64,000 nucleotides of DNA, taken from NCBI GenBank assembly GCA_965644265.1, contig OZ286470.1:52142001-52206000 (forward strand), in the 5' to 3' direction. The notes beneath the pieces were generated by a model. The model did not search any database and had not been told where the DNA came from. It worked only from the letters and a program-made list of their open reading frames with translations. Positions 52,441-64,000 of this stretch are shown here, in pieces. Origin of the DNA: Glycera tridactyla. Lineage: Eukaryota. A program made the translations under genes and the position numbers. Positions within the stretch are counted from its first letter, which is position 1; every line of letters starts with the position of its first letter.

Positions 52441-52606
52441 CAGTAGATGGCGCAGATGTATGGTTTGTGTAGCCAGCGAATACACACTGGTGCGATTCAC
52501 ATGACTGAAATCAGTAGATGGCGCAGATGTATGGTTTGTGTAGCCAGCGCAATCAGACTCAACCTATGTGCGAATACACACTTCTGTGATTCGCATGACT
52601 GAAATC
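52441..52606. repeat. 71-bp tandem duplication (second copy has a ~22-bp insertion), each copy starting with a CTCF-like motif
   Basis: CAGTAGATGGCGCAGATGTATGGTTTGTGTAGCCAGCG occurs at 52441 and 52512. Confidence 0.85.
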
Positions 52607-53379
52607 ATCGCCGATGGAAACTTGGGGCCCCTCAATGGCAGCAAATTGAGAATATCCTGATGATTACATTGTTGCAATTCTCTCCCGACATTTTGATGGG
52701 TATGTTTCGAGAGGCATTTACGGTCCGTTTTTTCTCATATTTCATCGGAGGTGGAAGACTATAAGTGTCCTGAACAATTCTGACCGAAAGTAGGTCCAGG
52801 GCGCCATGAGATCCCACGTTGAATATGCTATTGTCCGTCAATGATGACGCCAATACTACACCTGTCCTTATGTTGAGTATCTAGAGATCCATCCCTTCCT
52901 CCAGATGAAAGTGACCCCTTACCTCTCGGATTCCGTAGGTGATCTATTTCACAACTAGCTATGATAGTCAACATGGCATGTACATGGGTACCACATCCAT
53001 CGGTATTTGTTATTGATTTTTTGATCAGTTACTTGCCTCACTTGGGAGGAGGCACAGACAGCTCACTTGAATCTCTCGCCTACAAATCTCGGATGGAACC
53101 GTCACTCGTCATTGATTCCAATTCACAGCGACATTCCTTAGCAACGGAGATTTGTCCAAGATGAATGGAGGGACAGACAATCAAAAGGCAACACACACTT
53201 TCCCATAGAAAGAAGACTTCTGCACTCAATCACAGAAGCTGCTCTAATGATACCATGAAGATTATTATTTTGATTTCATGAAAACTATATGGCGACTCAC
53301 AAAAATATCAAATAATTGAAACCTCATTGACATTCATAATTACTGATTTCGCTGAACAATAAGAAAAGGGGCTACTCAC

Positions 53380-53518
53380 CATCTACTACCCTCATTATTC
53401 GCCATAACAGAAGAACGACCAATACAGCAGCAGCTTTTTCACCCTCCTCACCCGTGACCCCTCCCAAAAAGATGATGTCAAAGATGAACGAACATATAAT
53501 GATTATTGCATCGAAAAT
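53380..53518 (-). CDS. HVCN1: Hv-like gene exon: voltage-sensor helices S3-S4
   Basis: TTTTCTTCTGTATGATTCCAG|...G|GTGAGT. Encodes IFDAIIIICSFIFDIIFLGGVTGEEGEKAAAVLVVLLLWRIMRVVD(G), versus human Hv1 ILDAVVVVVSFILDIVLL...LLILLRLWRVARIING. Both S3 aspartates and the S4 Trp are kept. Confidence 0.9.
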
Positions 53519-55991
53519 CTGGAATCATACAGAAGAAAAGTACAGGTTAGATTGGTAAAAACACATCGATTTTTATCATTGGATAGCATGGCATGAAGAT
53601 GATAAGTCCGACCATCGTATTTCATGCTCAGTCTACTGCATACAACATTATTTGGCGTGTGTTCAGGATGAAGAACGTTCCGAGCTTGACAAAGATGAAT
53701 ATATGTTTGCGTAATCCCAGATGAATCCCATACTTGAAGATGATTCAGAATAGCATGACTCATGAGAGATGCCGGTGACTGATAAGCATGGAAGATCGAA
53801 TTGAACACCTGACTGAAGGGATTATAGGCGTCAAGCTGACACGTAGAAGACGTCAGTTCTTGTTCAGTTGAACTAATGCCATGAGCATGGGCTGATGCCT
53901 CGGCTTCCATGACGTTCTTATTGAATTTCCACAATACGTAAACGAAGCACTGATAGTCCCTGCCTGCCTGTCTTGTCTGCCTGCCCAACTGCCTGCCTAT
54001 ATATCATTCATCCGAATCACCTACCTACATTGTTTTTTTTTTCAATTTTTATATTTGTACTATGGATATGTTTTCTCTGGCTTAACTTTTGGCGGTATCT
54101 ACATACCAAAAAGTCAGTGTTATCAACATCACTGGCGGAGGACAGGTAGCGTTACAGAAGGAATCTAATTCTTGGTTAGTAGCAGGTAGTTTGTCGCTGA
54201 GGCAACCAACTGTCTGGCAACCGTAAATAAAGCAGTAGGAGCCGAGTTTAATGGCTGCCTAATTATCCACTCATTAAAATAGCAGCGGTATTATGCTCAC
54301 AACTTAATCAAGCAGCACTTGTAATCCTCTTCTAGATTCTGGATTATCTTAAATTTCCTCAACACCTGCGACTCGCATATTAGAGAATTTCTATAAATAT
54401 TATCCGTGATTCGATGCAATTGCCACCGACATGAACAATATCGCTCGCTATCGAAAGATCATTCCCTACTGATATCGAAGGCAACGTCACTGTTGTCAAA
54501 TAGAATCTAATTACAGGCAAAATACTGGGATTGAGTTTTTCATCTCTTTCACCTCGAAATATATATATGATTTATGAAATGTTTAGTTCACGGAGCAAGC
54601 ATTTCATTGTTCATGTCCCTAAAGTATCCTGTACTATTCGGCTATCTATGGTACAATATCAATTGAAATTTTCTGCATACACACACGTACACACAGATAC
54701 CAACACATGTACTGAGGAGAGGACGGATTTAATTCGTTCTTTAGCGACGGACGCGATGAAGAGAAAGTTAGACAGAAAGACAGACAAACAGGAAGAAAGA
54801 GAGAGAGAGGGAGAGAGAAATAGATAGAATTGTGGTGGTGGTGGTGTGTGTGTGTGTGGGGGGGGGGGTTCCTGCATGCCAGTAGAGCCGGTGCGAGAAC
54901 ATAAAGTCAGTGTTATGATACTATGGAATGCCGTCACTCTATCTAAGCAGGGGGCCATCCTTCTTCAAAGGCTGACACCCAGCTGGTTTCGGATGTGTGT
55001 GTGGGGGGGGGGGGGGGGGAGCGATACAGCGACGTTGAGATGAATGTGGCTGCACGGGGCATCACTGATGTCGGAACCGAGACCCAACAACCGGCATCAT
55101 CAAGACTACCAGCACCACCAGCATCACCACAACCCCCGCACAAGCACTGCCAGGGCTGTCGCTACAGACGCAGCGTTGGGTACTTATGAAAGTTCTGGTC
55201 AGTTATATGCTGTCATATTTGATGTGGTGAGAAGACGACAATACAAATATTTACGAGCCATTGGGAAAAAGCTCACAATACAAAAGCGAGTCAATGCCAT
55301 GCAGTTTGGGACTTAAGTGACTGCCCCAACCTATTTGGGGATATAGATATGGACGAAATCCAGACTGCGGATAGAAATATACGTTATTTCTGTGAAAACA
55401 GTTCAAACTAGCCTATATTGAGATTACATTTTACAAAATTGTGGATCGAGATATTAAGCCAGACAATTAGCGCGTGTTGAACACATTGCGCCTTTAAAGC
55501 CAGTGTCAATGCTCCATGGTAACTGACTGTGGCGTCCCGGGTTACGTGACGTCACAGGCTGCATGCGTTCAAAATAGATTCCCATTTTATTGATGACAAT
55601 ATTTAGGTTGCATATCCTGACAGCCAGACAGGTAAAAACAGCCTTATGGGTCATTTTGGTGGATCATAATTTCCAGAAAAATATGCCCAGCCATGATTAT
55701 CGGTTTCTGGAGCATTGTCCCTCAATAGGCACTCTGAGTCTTATTTATATTCGGCCATTTATACCCAACAGTGCTCCAGTGGTGCACCGAGAAATCAAGC
55801 GTATTCCTGACTAAGCTATGCTTATTTCGTTGGGTTGTTGGGCCCCAAATGGCCCTAAGTAGCTCATGGGATTATCATTGGGTTACTGTAATTTTGAAAA
55901 ATCACCTCAATATTTTTTAATATATCAATATTTTAATATTATAGGTTTACCCTTTGGGTCTTTGATCCCACCACAGTGTAGCAGGTGAATG

Positions 55992-55997
<6 letters not shown>

Positions 55998-56032
<35 letters not shown>
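55998..56032. repeat. (TA)n microsatellite at the left PLE boundary
   Basis: Read directly. Confidence 0.95.
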
Positions 56033-56034
<2 letters not shown>

Positions 56035-56319
56035 TACGACGAGGCAAACACGTCCTCTTTCACCGGTGGCGAGACTCGGACTGAAGTTTATTTTTCAACG
56101 GACGCCGTGACGTCACAATCGGTGTCACATTCTGTCGCCAAGTGACGGCGTCGTGACCTAGTGGTGCGTCGCCATCTAGTGCTAAACATGACAACTAAAC
56201 ACATTCTGACACCTGGTAGATGGCACTATGTACTATACCGTACAGTGCAGCATTGTACTGTACCATATAGTATCCGTGTAGTTTCCACCTGGGTTGCTAG
56301 CTCCTGAGTGTATGCAACA

Positions 56320-56375
56320 GGTTCCAGCTTATCCGAGTTTCGGTCCTAAAGACCTCATCAGTCGCCAATGATGTG
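56320..56375 (-). ncRNA. Hammerhead-ribozyme-like core in the PLE 3' pseudo-LTR
   Basis: The minus strand reads CUGAUGA-GGUC-UUUAG-GACC-GAAAC (core at 56338-56361) with a perfect stem II. Stems I and III could not be completed canonically. Confidence 0.5.
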
Positions 56376-56781
56376 GTGTAGGTTTGAAAGAGTCTGTGTC
56401 TTTCTAACCTTTGTTAGTCCGTGAGTGGGGTGTTGGGATCTGTTCATATGAAACTGCCTTTCTTTCCCACTTAGAATTTCACTCCTAGCTCAATCAACTT
56501 ACAATCATAAATTAATCAAGCCACGTGTGAAGAAAATGTCAGGCGTCCGTCGGAGAGTGTCATCCTACGATTAAGATCAATTGTAGGATGAACCGCCAGG
56601 GGTTCTGTTGTATTTATCATCTGGTTTTATCGGTGTCAGCTCAACAGTAATAAATATGTTGTGACGAGGCAAAGAGCTGATACCTTTTGAACCAGAGGCA
56701 AATATGGAGCCCTCAAAAATGGTTTGAGGCTCCCCAGTGTTTTGTTGATCCCAAATGGGCCCTAAGAACTGAAATTCCCAT

Positions 56782-57644
56782 TTATTTTGATTTGATTTTA
56801 CCAGTTTCCCGATAAAATTTCCAGTTTTTGCATCCCTTCTCTGGTGGGGTTCTGTCCTTAGTGTTCAGGCCCAAAGGGAGCATAGTTCTAAATCTGTGGA
56901 TCCACTTAAATTCAATCTGGAGCCTCAGTGTGACACTATACTCCCTTTTTGGGTGGACAAAAATGAAGTCCACAACGTGGATCTTCATATCTCTGAGGCC
57001 TCGGTGGTCAGCTGATTGGAAATGTCTGCTTACATCTTCTACCAGGTTTTTCCTCCCGATTGCTCCAGAGTGTACTCCAAATCTCTGGTTTATGCTATTC
57101 TCAGTTTGACCGACATATTGTTTGGAGCATTTCTTGCAAGTGATGCAGTATATCAGGTTACTGCTCTGGCAAGTGATATTCTTTTCTGCCTCATATTCCC
57201 GTCCAGTGATTGTGCTGGTGATTCGGCCTGTCTTGTCCAAAAGTGGGCAGAACTTGCACTTTATGTTGCTACACTTATTCGAGTGTTTGCTACATGGGTG
57301 TCGGCCTTTCACTGGACTGATTTGTGGGACTTTGGCCCTCATTAAGAGATCTCTGAGGTTTGGCGCCCTCCTATTCCCAAAAATTAGTTTGGTTTCCGCT
57401 AGGTGCTTGGTTGCCTGGGCTCTCCTTAGTAGATCCCAATTTTTCCTAATAATATTCTGGAATTTCACTGAATTTGGGTTAAAAGTAGTGACAAGAAAAA
57501 TGGATTCATTTGTATTGTCGCTTGCTTCTGTGTCCAAACTCTTGAGTCTCTGTATGTTCAGGAGGTCCAATTGGTCCCTTTCAGATGCATATATGAAAGC
57601 CTTTCTCAGAATGTCAATCGGGAAACCCCTCCTCATGAAATGAC
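56782..57644 (-). pseudogene. Inverted partial PLE ORF: RT thumb, Cys linker and GIY-YIG endonuclease (open frame)
   Basis: The ORF 56782-57669 translation is nearly identical to 60393-61340 and is uninterrupted in this copy. Confidence 0.9.
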
Positions 57645-57653
57645 GCAGGTTCT

Positions 57654-60600
57654 GTGAGAAGCCAACCAATGTGTAACAATGTGAGACACCATGCCTCCAA
57701 CCCAGGGTATATGGGATCCCTCTCTGCTAACCCAACCCCCCTTGGAAGATATCGTTACTTGAATATCATTGATTCTGAAACTTATTATTGGGCCAAAAAG
57801 GGTGGAATCCAGGAACCCACCTCCCCAGGGTTTGAAAAGAAGGCCTGGCCTCTCAATGTTGGAAATGATCATGAATTCCCACCACTACCATCGCATGAAC
57901 ATGAACCGTTGGGAAAACACCATGAGACACACGTTGTTGCACTTACACCTCCCTGTGTGACGTTATCACGTTTTTTACATGTGATTTGCCATTGTGAGTC
58001 CAGGGATTTCTGTCATTGTGCCCCCGAAGGAGCCAACATTAATAACAATGCTGGCGGATCCAAAGAACAAGAAAAAGAAAAGGACACCAAACCACTCGAA
58101 AAAAAAACGCTGGCAAATCTAACCAGAGTATCTCATCCTATTTTGTGAAAGAAGGGAGTCAGATACATGGCACTGCCGTAGAATGTGATATCCCACCAGG
58201 CCGGAGCTCCCCAAAAGACTCTGATGAAAGCCTTTCTGATTCTGAATCCTCAGCGACCCTCACTCCCTCTTACTCTAGAATTACAAGGAACTCATCTAGA
58301 AACTTGCAGGTGACAGTGTCGTTGAATGGCCTCTCAGATTCTAAATGCAGAAATCCACCAAAACCACTAAAAAAGTTCAGGAAGGGCAAGGAATCCAGAC
58401 TGATACCACAGATAAGTCCGCCAACCAGATAGACACCCAAATTTTGGAAAATATGTCCACTTTGATCGTTGGTTCAACTCAATCCCGGGACTCAGTAGAC
58501 CAGATGTATCTTGTTCCACCCAAACTCGTTATCCAACCTAAAATGGTTGATGCTTGCAGTCAAACCAACCCCCCATTTTCTACCCTGGTAGTGGACCCAC
58601 ATCAGGCTACTCGTGAGATTGACATCCCTGACAAGGCTGTGAAGGCGATTCGTGAAACCAGGAACGGCCTAGCTGACCGCAAAAAGAACCACCAGTTGGC
58701 CAACCACCTCCGAAAACTAGAAATGGACGATGTGGTACCACCTTTCGCATAAGGACTCCACCATTGGCTGGCGTGGATGCCAGATGACATTGACTTCAAA
58801 AGGAAGTTTTACAACTTCAAACGCAGTCAAGGACGCGAGTCCATGAAATGGGTGGCAGATGAACTGGATTTGGTAGGCAATGAGCATGCGGACATAGCAA
58901 AACTTTCCATGCGCTCAGTAGAACACCACTATGAGAGAGCTAATATTGATTCAGATGATTGCAAAGCCTTGATTGCACGCCAGGTCCATCGTTCATCAGG
59001 ACAACGTGAGACCCAGCTGAAAAAAGTCGAGGCCAAATTCAGAGACACAGCTCCTTCAGTGCATTTATGAATCTTCATTCCAGGGGTATAGTCAATCTTT
59101 CCAACTTCACTCTTAAAGACTACCATCGATCTTTATTGGAGAAAGGTCTAACATTCTGCCCCACTCCTAGGGAACCAGACATGGGAGATCTGAGATGAGA
59201 CCTTGATACCTTTCACAGAAACACCAAATTAAAAGCACATTTTGGGAAAGGTCAAAATAAGAGTGAAGCTTGGAAGGACAAGCACATTTTGGGAAAGGTC
59301 AAAATAAGAGTGAAGCTTGCAGGAAACACTTAGGACCATTAAGAGAACTAATTCAGGAACAGTGGTTCCAGTTGGTTCCTACCACAGTGCCTATATACCC
59401 CCTATGGACACAAAGATTTCACCAACAAATCGACTTGGCAACCTGATGATTGCCCTATGATGTTAGAAAGCATGATTCATGAGTTGACCAAGTTCAAATG
59501 CACTGCACCCTTGAGGCAAAATCTCTCCATACAGGAGAGGAAAGAAATCAAGGAATTGCAACAGGACCCCTCCATGATCATCAAAAAGGCTGACAAGGGA
59601 TCCAGCATTGTTATTATGAGCAGAGAAAATTATCTAGCAGAAGGTTATCGCCAGTCGTCGGACTCTAATTTTTATGAGAAGTCTGACAACCTTACTACTG
59701 CTCATAATTTGAAGGTGAAGTCTCTTGTTGATGAACTAGTGGAATTGGGAGAACTAGGCCTAGAGGCCTCAAAATACCTAGTGTTTGAGGAGCCACGAAC
59801 GGCCCAGTTCTATTTACTACCCAAAATCCACAAAAAGCTTGACAATCCCCCAGGACGTCCTATAGTGTCAGCTTATGAATGCCTTACGGAAAGAATCTCA
59901 GCATTTGTTGATTTTTTCCTGAAACCATTCATGCCGAAAAGTAGGTCTTTTCTCAGAGATACTACCGATTTCCTCCTAGAAATACAGGAGTTGGATGTGG
60001 TCCCGGCTGATAGCATCTTAGCCACTCTAGATGTAACCAGCCTATATACAAACATACCAATTGAGGAAGAAATCAACAGTGTCCGCAGGTTTCTATCTAT
60101 CCACAGATCAGGCCCATGCCACCCAAAGAACGAATCTCTGTGCAACTGTTAGAATTTACCCTGAAATGCAACAACTTTCAGTTTAATGAGGAGAATTTCC
60201 TTCAGGTAGGAGGCACTGCAATGGGCACCAGGGTTGCACCGAGTCTTGCATTTTCATGGCTGATTTAGAGGAGAATCATGTATATAACTTTGAGCATCAG
60301 CCACTGTTCTACAAGAGATTCCTGAATGACATCATTCTGGTCTGGACTCAGGGGAGTGATAAACTAGATAAGTTCGTCAACCACATGAACCAGTGTCACC
60401 CAACTATAAAATACTACGTGTCAGAGGAATTTGCACAAACAATAGTGATTTCGTCAAACACAGCATGGTACTCTTATGTCATTTCATGAGGAGGGGTTTC
60501 CCGATTGACATTCTGAGAAAGGCTTTCATATATGCATCTGAAAGGGACCAATTGGACCTCCTGAACATACAGAGACCCAAGAGTTTGGACACAGAAGCAA

Positions 60601-61340
60601 GCGACAATACAAATGAATCCATTTTTCTTGTCACTACTTTTAACCCAAATTCAGTGAAATTCCAGAATATTATTAGGAAAAATTGGGATCTACTAAGGAG
60701 AGCCCAGGCAACCAAGCTCCTAGTGGAAACCAAACTAATTTTTGGAAATAGGAGGGCACCAAACCTCAGAGATCTCTTAATGAGGGCCAAAGTCCCACAA
60801 ATCAGTCCAGTGAAGGGCCGACACCCATGTAGCTAACACTCAAATAAGTGTAGCAACATGAAGTGCGAGTTCTGTCCACTTTTAGACAAGACAGGCCGAA
60901 TCACCAGCACAATCACTGGACGGGAATATGAGGCAGAAAAGAATATCACTTGCCAGAGCAGTAACCTGATATACTGCATCACTTGCAAGAAATGCTCCAA
61001 ACAATATGTCGGTCAAACTGGGAATAGCATAAACCAGAGATTTGGAGCACACTCTGGAGCAATCGGGAGGAAAAACCTGGTAGAAGATGTAAGCAGACAT
61101 TCCCAATCAGCTGACCACCGAGGCCTCAGATATATGAAGATCCACGTTGTGGACTTCATTTTTGTCCACCCAAAAAAGGAGTATAGTGTCACACTGAGGC
61201 TCCCAATTGAATTTAACTGGATCCACAGATTGAGAACTATGCTCCCTTTGGGCCTGAACACTAAGGACAGAACCCCACCAGAGAAGGGATGCAAAAACTG
61301 GAAATTTTATCGGGAAACTGGTGAAATCAAATCAAAATAA
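57654..61340 (+). pseudogene. Main PLE ORF (long N-terminal region, RT, GIY-YIG), broken by frameshifts, stops, a 47-bp duplication (59233-59318) and a deletion near 60415
   Basis: Consecutive ORF pieces 57654-58148, 58145-58432, 58345-58752, 58777-59070, 59457-60152, 60256-60489, 60393-60836 and 60858-61340. RT motif C is degenerate (RFLND). Confidence 0.85.
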
Positions 61341-61460
61341 ATGGGAATTTCAGTTCTTAGGGCCCATTTGGGATCAACAAAACACTGGGGGAGCCTCAAA
61401 CCATTTTTGAGGGCTGCATATTTGCCTCTCGTTCAGGAGGTATCAGCTCTTTGCCTCGTC

Positions 61461-61465
<5 letters not shown>

Positions 61466-61542
<77 letters not shown>
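61466..61542. repeat. (TA)n(GA)n microsatellite at the right PLE boundary
   Basis: Read directly. Confidence 0.95.
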
Positions 61543-61544
<2 letters not shown>

Positions 61545-64000
61545 GAAGTATGATATGAATGTATGATGTAAGTCAATATGTCGTGAATTTATTGGATAAA
61601 TAGAACAGATTTTATGTTATTGACTTAGAATTTTCATCAATATATCTCAATTCAATGTATAAAGAAAAGTATCATGATGCGGGGCATACAAATTAGTGAT
61701 GGCATTTGCCGAGGACGGTGTGTGTGCCTTTTCATGCCTTGCTCAGTTGGATAGAGTAATTCCGATAACTGCTCTTAATTTGTGTAAAATCTCGCCTATG
61801 GATATTCCTTTCATAATATGCCGACTGATAATGAACAATAATTTTGTATATGTCCATGCGGGAGTGTTATTGGCAGGCATTATCAAATAGTATATCTGGA
61901 ATGTAAGTAATCTAACAATATTGGTCATGAGGCACGCAAAATGTACCAATGATCTCAGAATGCTATGTTTCTTTGTTTTTATATATGTTATCACTAATTA
62001 TTATTGTATTTCTGTGCACCCAAGGGAGAAATATAGTCCCCGGACTTTCCCGCTGGAGGTTGATGATATTTTTGAAATTGAAATTGAAATACTTTGAGTC
62101 TCAACAATTTATCACTGGCCATTAGGCATCACACTCTCCTTCTTGATCTGAAAATGCTGACGTATCATGTCCCCAGGTTTTGATTCATTCAGATCACCAA
62201 GACCATGGACAAATGGAATATCAAATTATTACCCTTCCAGATTCTATATTTGTATTCCAGATAAAAAATGGACATTTTCTAACAAGCATTAGCATGACCC
62301 ACATCCACATCACTCATGACATACAGAAACCCTTTCACCACAACCTTGTAAATATCACTCGCTAATGCTGTACCAAAGGTTTTGACGTTATCTCGATGAT
62401 CTTTGAAGATATGGTCTTCAAAGTAACAATATCTTGATTTCAATGGGACTTCTTTGAAAGGGGTGATTTTGAGACATTTGGGTCCAGTTATTCTTCGACA
62501 TTCAACAAGAACACCACATTAGGTTAAGAAGCAACACACAACCATGACAAATTGGGATTCTCCAGTGGACGAGGGAAGTGGATGCCTTCGATATTGAGGG
62601 AATGGCAGCTGATCATGTTTTAGACAGTGCACGATTTCACTTGTTCTTTGGATTATCATTTTGCGGTTACCATATATACATTATTAATTTGATTCTTCAT
62701 AAGGTCTTGGGAGAGTATCAACTACAGTTTGTATCGGCATACAAATTAGTAAATTGATTGGACCATGATTGCGAAGCATGAGATTTAAACCATGAATTTC
62801 TAAATTTCTTACAAAATCTTGGTGGCCATTTTGATATCCGGATTGAAAACCTCTTTCGGACACTTTTTGGTATCATACTGCTATCTATGAAATCGAGCAG
62901 AGAAACCTATTTCCCTTAAGGTCCTTCCGAGATTTGACCCACGGGCTATAGGTCATCTGTGGAGCATCCGGCCACTGAGAGCATTCTATCTTGTTTCAAG
63001 GAATATAAGAAATCACCTGGAAGTGAATGTAATACAAGGACGGACTCGGAGGCATGTTCCATCCTCTTACTATTATGCTACTTTGCTTGCTATAATCACA
63101 CCATAAAACAGCCAGTAATCGACCACAAATAACACTGGCAGATCGTAACAAGCAACATGTTATGGCTGTGCCCGCTGCCACACCAGCTGGAGTGTGAGCG
63201 AGGAGCAGCTGACTCTGTATGCTCCCCAAATGTAGTGTCTGGATATATGTAGCGCTCAAGTTCACACATGGCACTCAGTCAAGGTGACATGAAGCTAGCT
63301 CCGACTACTAGTCTTCTCATCCACTTTCAGGACACTTGTGCATGATGTGTATCGCAGGGCCCATGTGCATGCGTACGTGCGTGAATTAGATCGGGAATTA
63401 GAAGGAGGGCTTATAGACAACGGACAATAGGGAACAGACATCACTTTATTTCAACAGGTGGCAACAGCATACTTGACAAGTACACAGAATGCAAGGAATA
63501 GGCAAGTTTCAGACCGCGGTCTGATCATTCTGCTGGGACCTGGTTCGATGTTGACTCGAACAAGATGCTTTAATACCTTTTGATCCTATGTTAATCGTCC
63601 GTGAAGGTACCGGGTAACTATCCCTATTTCTTTGCATCGTTGCTACGGTTCACAGAGCAGTACACCAAAAAGAAGTACTTCAATATTCATGATTAACACG
63701 GAGTTATCGATATTGATTGTTATAGTGAAATCATATTGATAAAGTCATTGAAGAAAGTTTTGTCTTGTTATTTGAATCGTCACTATAGGTCGATGGAGGA
63801 ATCGGGGTTTATAATTAATCCTTTGATTCTCAGTCACCCATATGTGTACTACAGAGCAATGTTGTAGAAACCACTGGTTCGCAGCGATGAGCAGACAATA
63901 GATACCTACAACTAAAATATAGTATGACAACTAGATCGATTCGAGAAACTGCATAATAAGCAATGTTGACTTAGGTCACCTTGTTGTCCTCCAGTGCAAT

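Larger units (their letters stand above)
56033..61469 (+). mobile_element. Penelope-like retroelement (Neptune-type, C-terminal GIY-YIG) with a 5' inverted copy of its 3' end, flanked by (TA)n
   Basis: + strand: IVNLSNFTL...KGLTFCPTP, NLSIQE...IIKKADKG, PGRPIVS, LATLDVTSLYTNIP, GTAMGTRVAP, a C-x4-C-x2-C linker, and GIY-YIG NITCQSSNLIYCITCKKCSKQYVGQT. 56654-57644 is a ~97% identical inverted copy of 60478-61469. Confidence 0.95.

Noticed and set aside
53503-53988. 161-aa ORF on the minus strand
   Set aside because: It starts in a simple repeat, overlaps the acceptor of the Hv S3-S4 exon in another frame and has no recognisable motif. It is treated as intronic.
54551-54690. Candidate S2 exon for the Hv-like gene ending ...YFE|GT
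   Set aside because: There is an in-frame TAA upstream, a weak donor and no S2-like hydrophobic helix.
59190-59200. In-frame TGA in the PLE ORF as possible selenocysteine (as in Naiad elements)
   Set aside because: The element has a C-terminal endonuclease and many other lesions, no SECIS was recognised, and the TGA is consistent with an ordinary point mutation.
56828-61294. Antisense or overlapping ORFs in the Penelope element (e.g. 57122-57643, 60479-60790), and likewise 19128-19475 in DIRS
   Set aside because: They are shadow frames of the real TE coding strand.

Overview
Animal genomic DNA, probably a marine lophotrochozoan and possibly a mollusc (inferred from gene and TE content, not proven). 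The N blocks look like hard-masked simple repeats. No rRNA, tRNA or CRISPR is seen. Two spliced host genes missed by the ORF track can be assembled by hand from GT-AG sites and phase-compatible exons. (1) A complete 4-exon, 249-aa secreted protein on + (13140-16234) with a signal peptide, a degenerate PAN/Apple-like segment and a ZG16-type jacalin lectin domain. (2) The 3' five exons of a voltage-gated proton channel (Hv1/HVCN1-family) gene on - (53518->45137). Its S4 reads LLWRIMRVVD, so the first gating Arg is lost and N4 is Asp, and it includes a 12-nt microexon; the S1-S2 exons were not found in the window. Mobile DNA includes a 5,154-bp TGTAA...TTACA element with a 4-bp CTAG TSD and a TATA+Inr promoter, best read as a giant solo LTR (21996-27149), plus a second inverted copy at the window start. 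There is also a gag-deleted DIRS1-like tyrosine-recombinase retrotransposon (18301-21526) and a remnant of a related family (12214-12755). In both DIRS copies the hairpin extension sits at the coding 5' end and the ICR matches it directly, the reverse of the textbook layout. A Neptune-type Penelope-like element with an inverted 3' duplication, a hammerhead-like core and (TA)n at both ends lies at 56033-61469. The window also holds CR1/L2-type LINE fragments and several tandem repeats.
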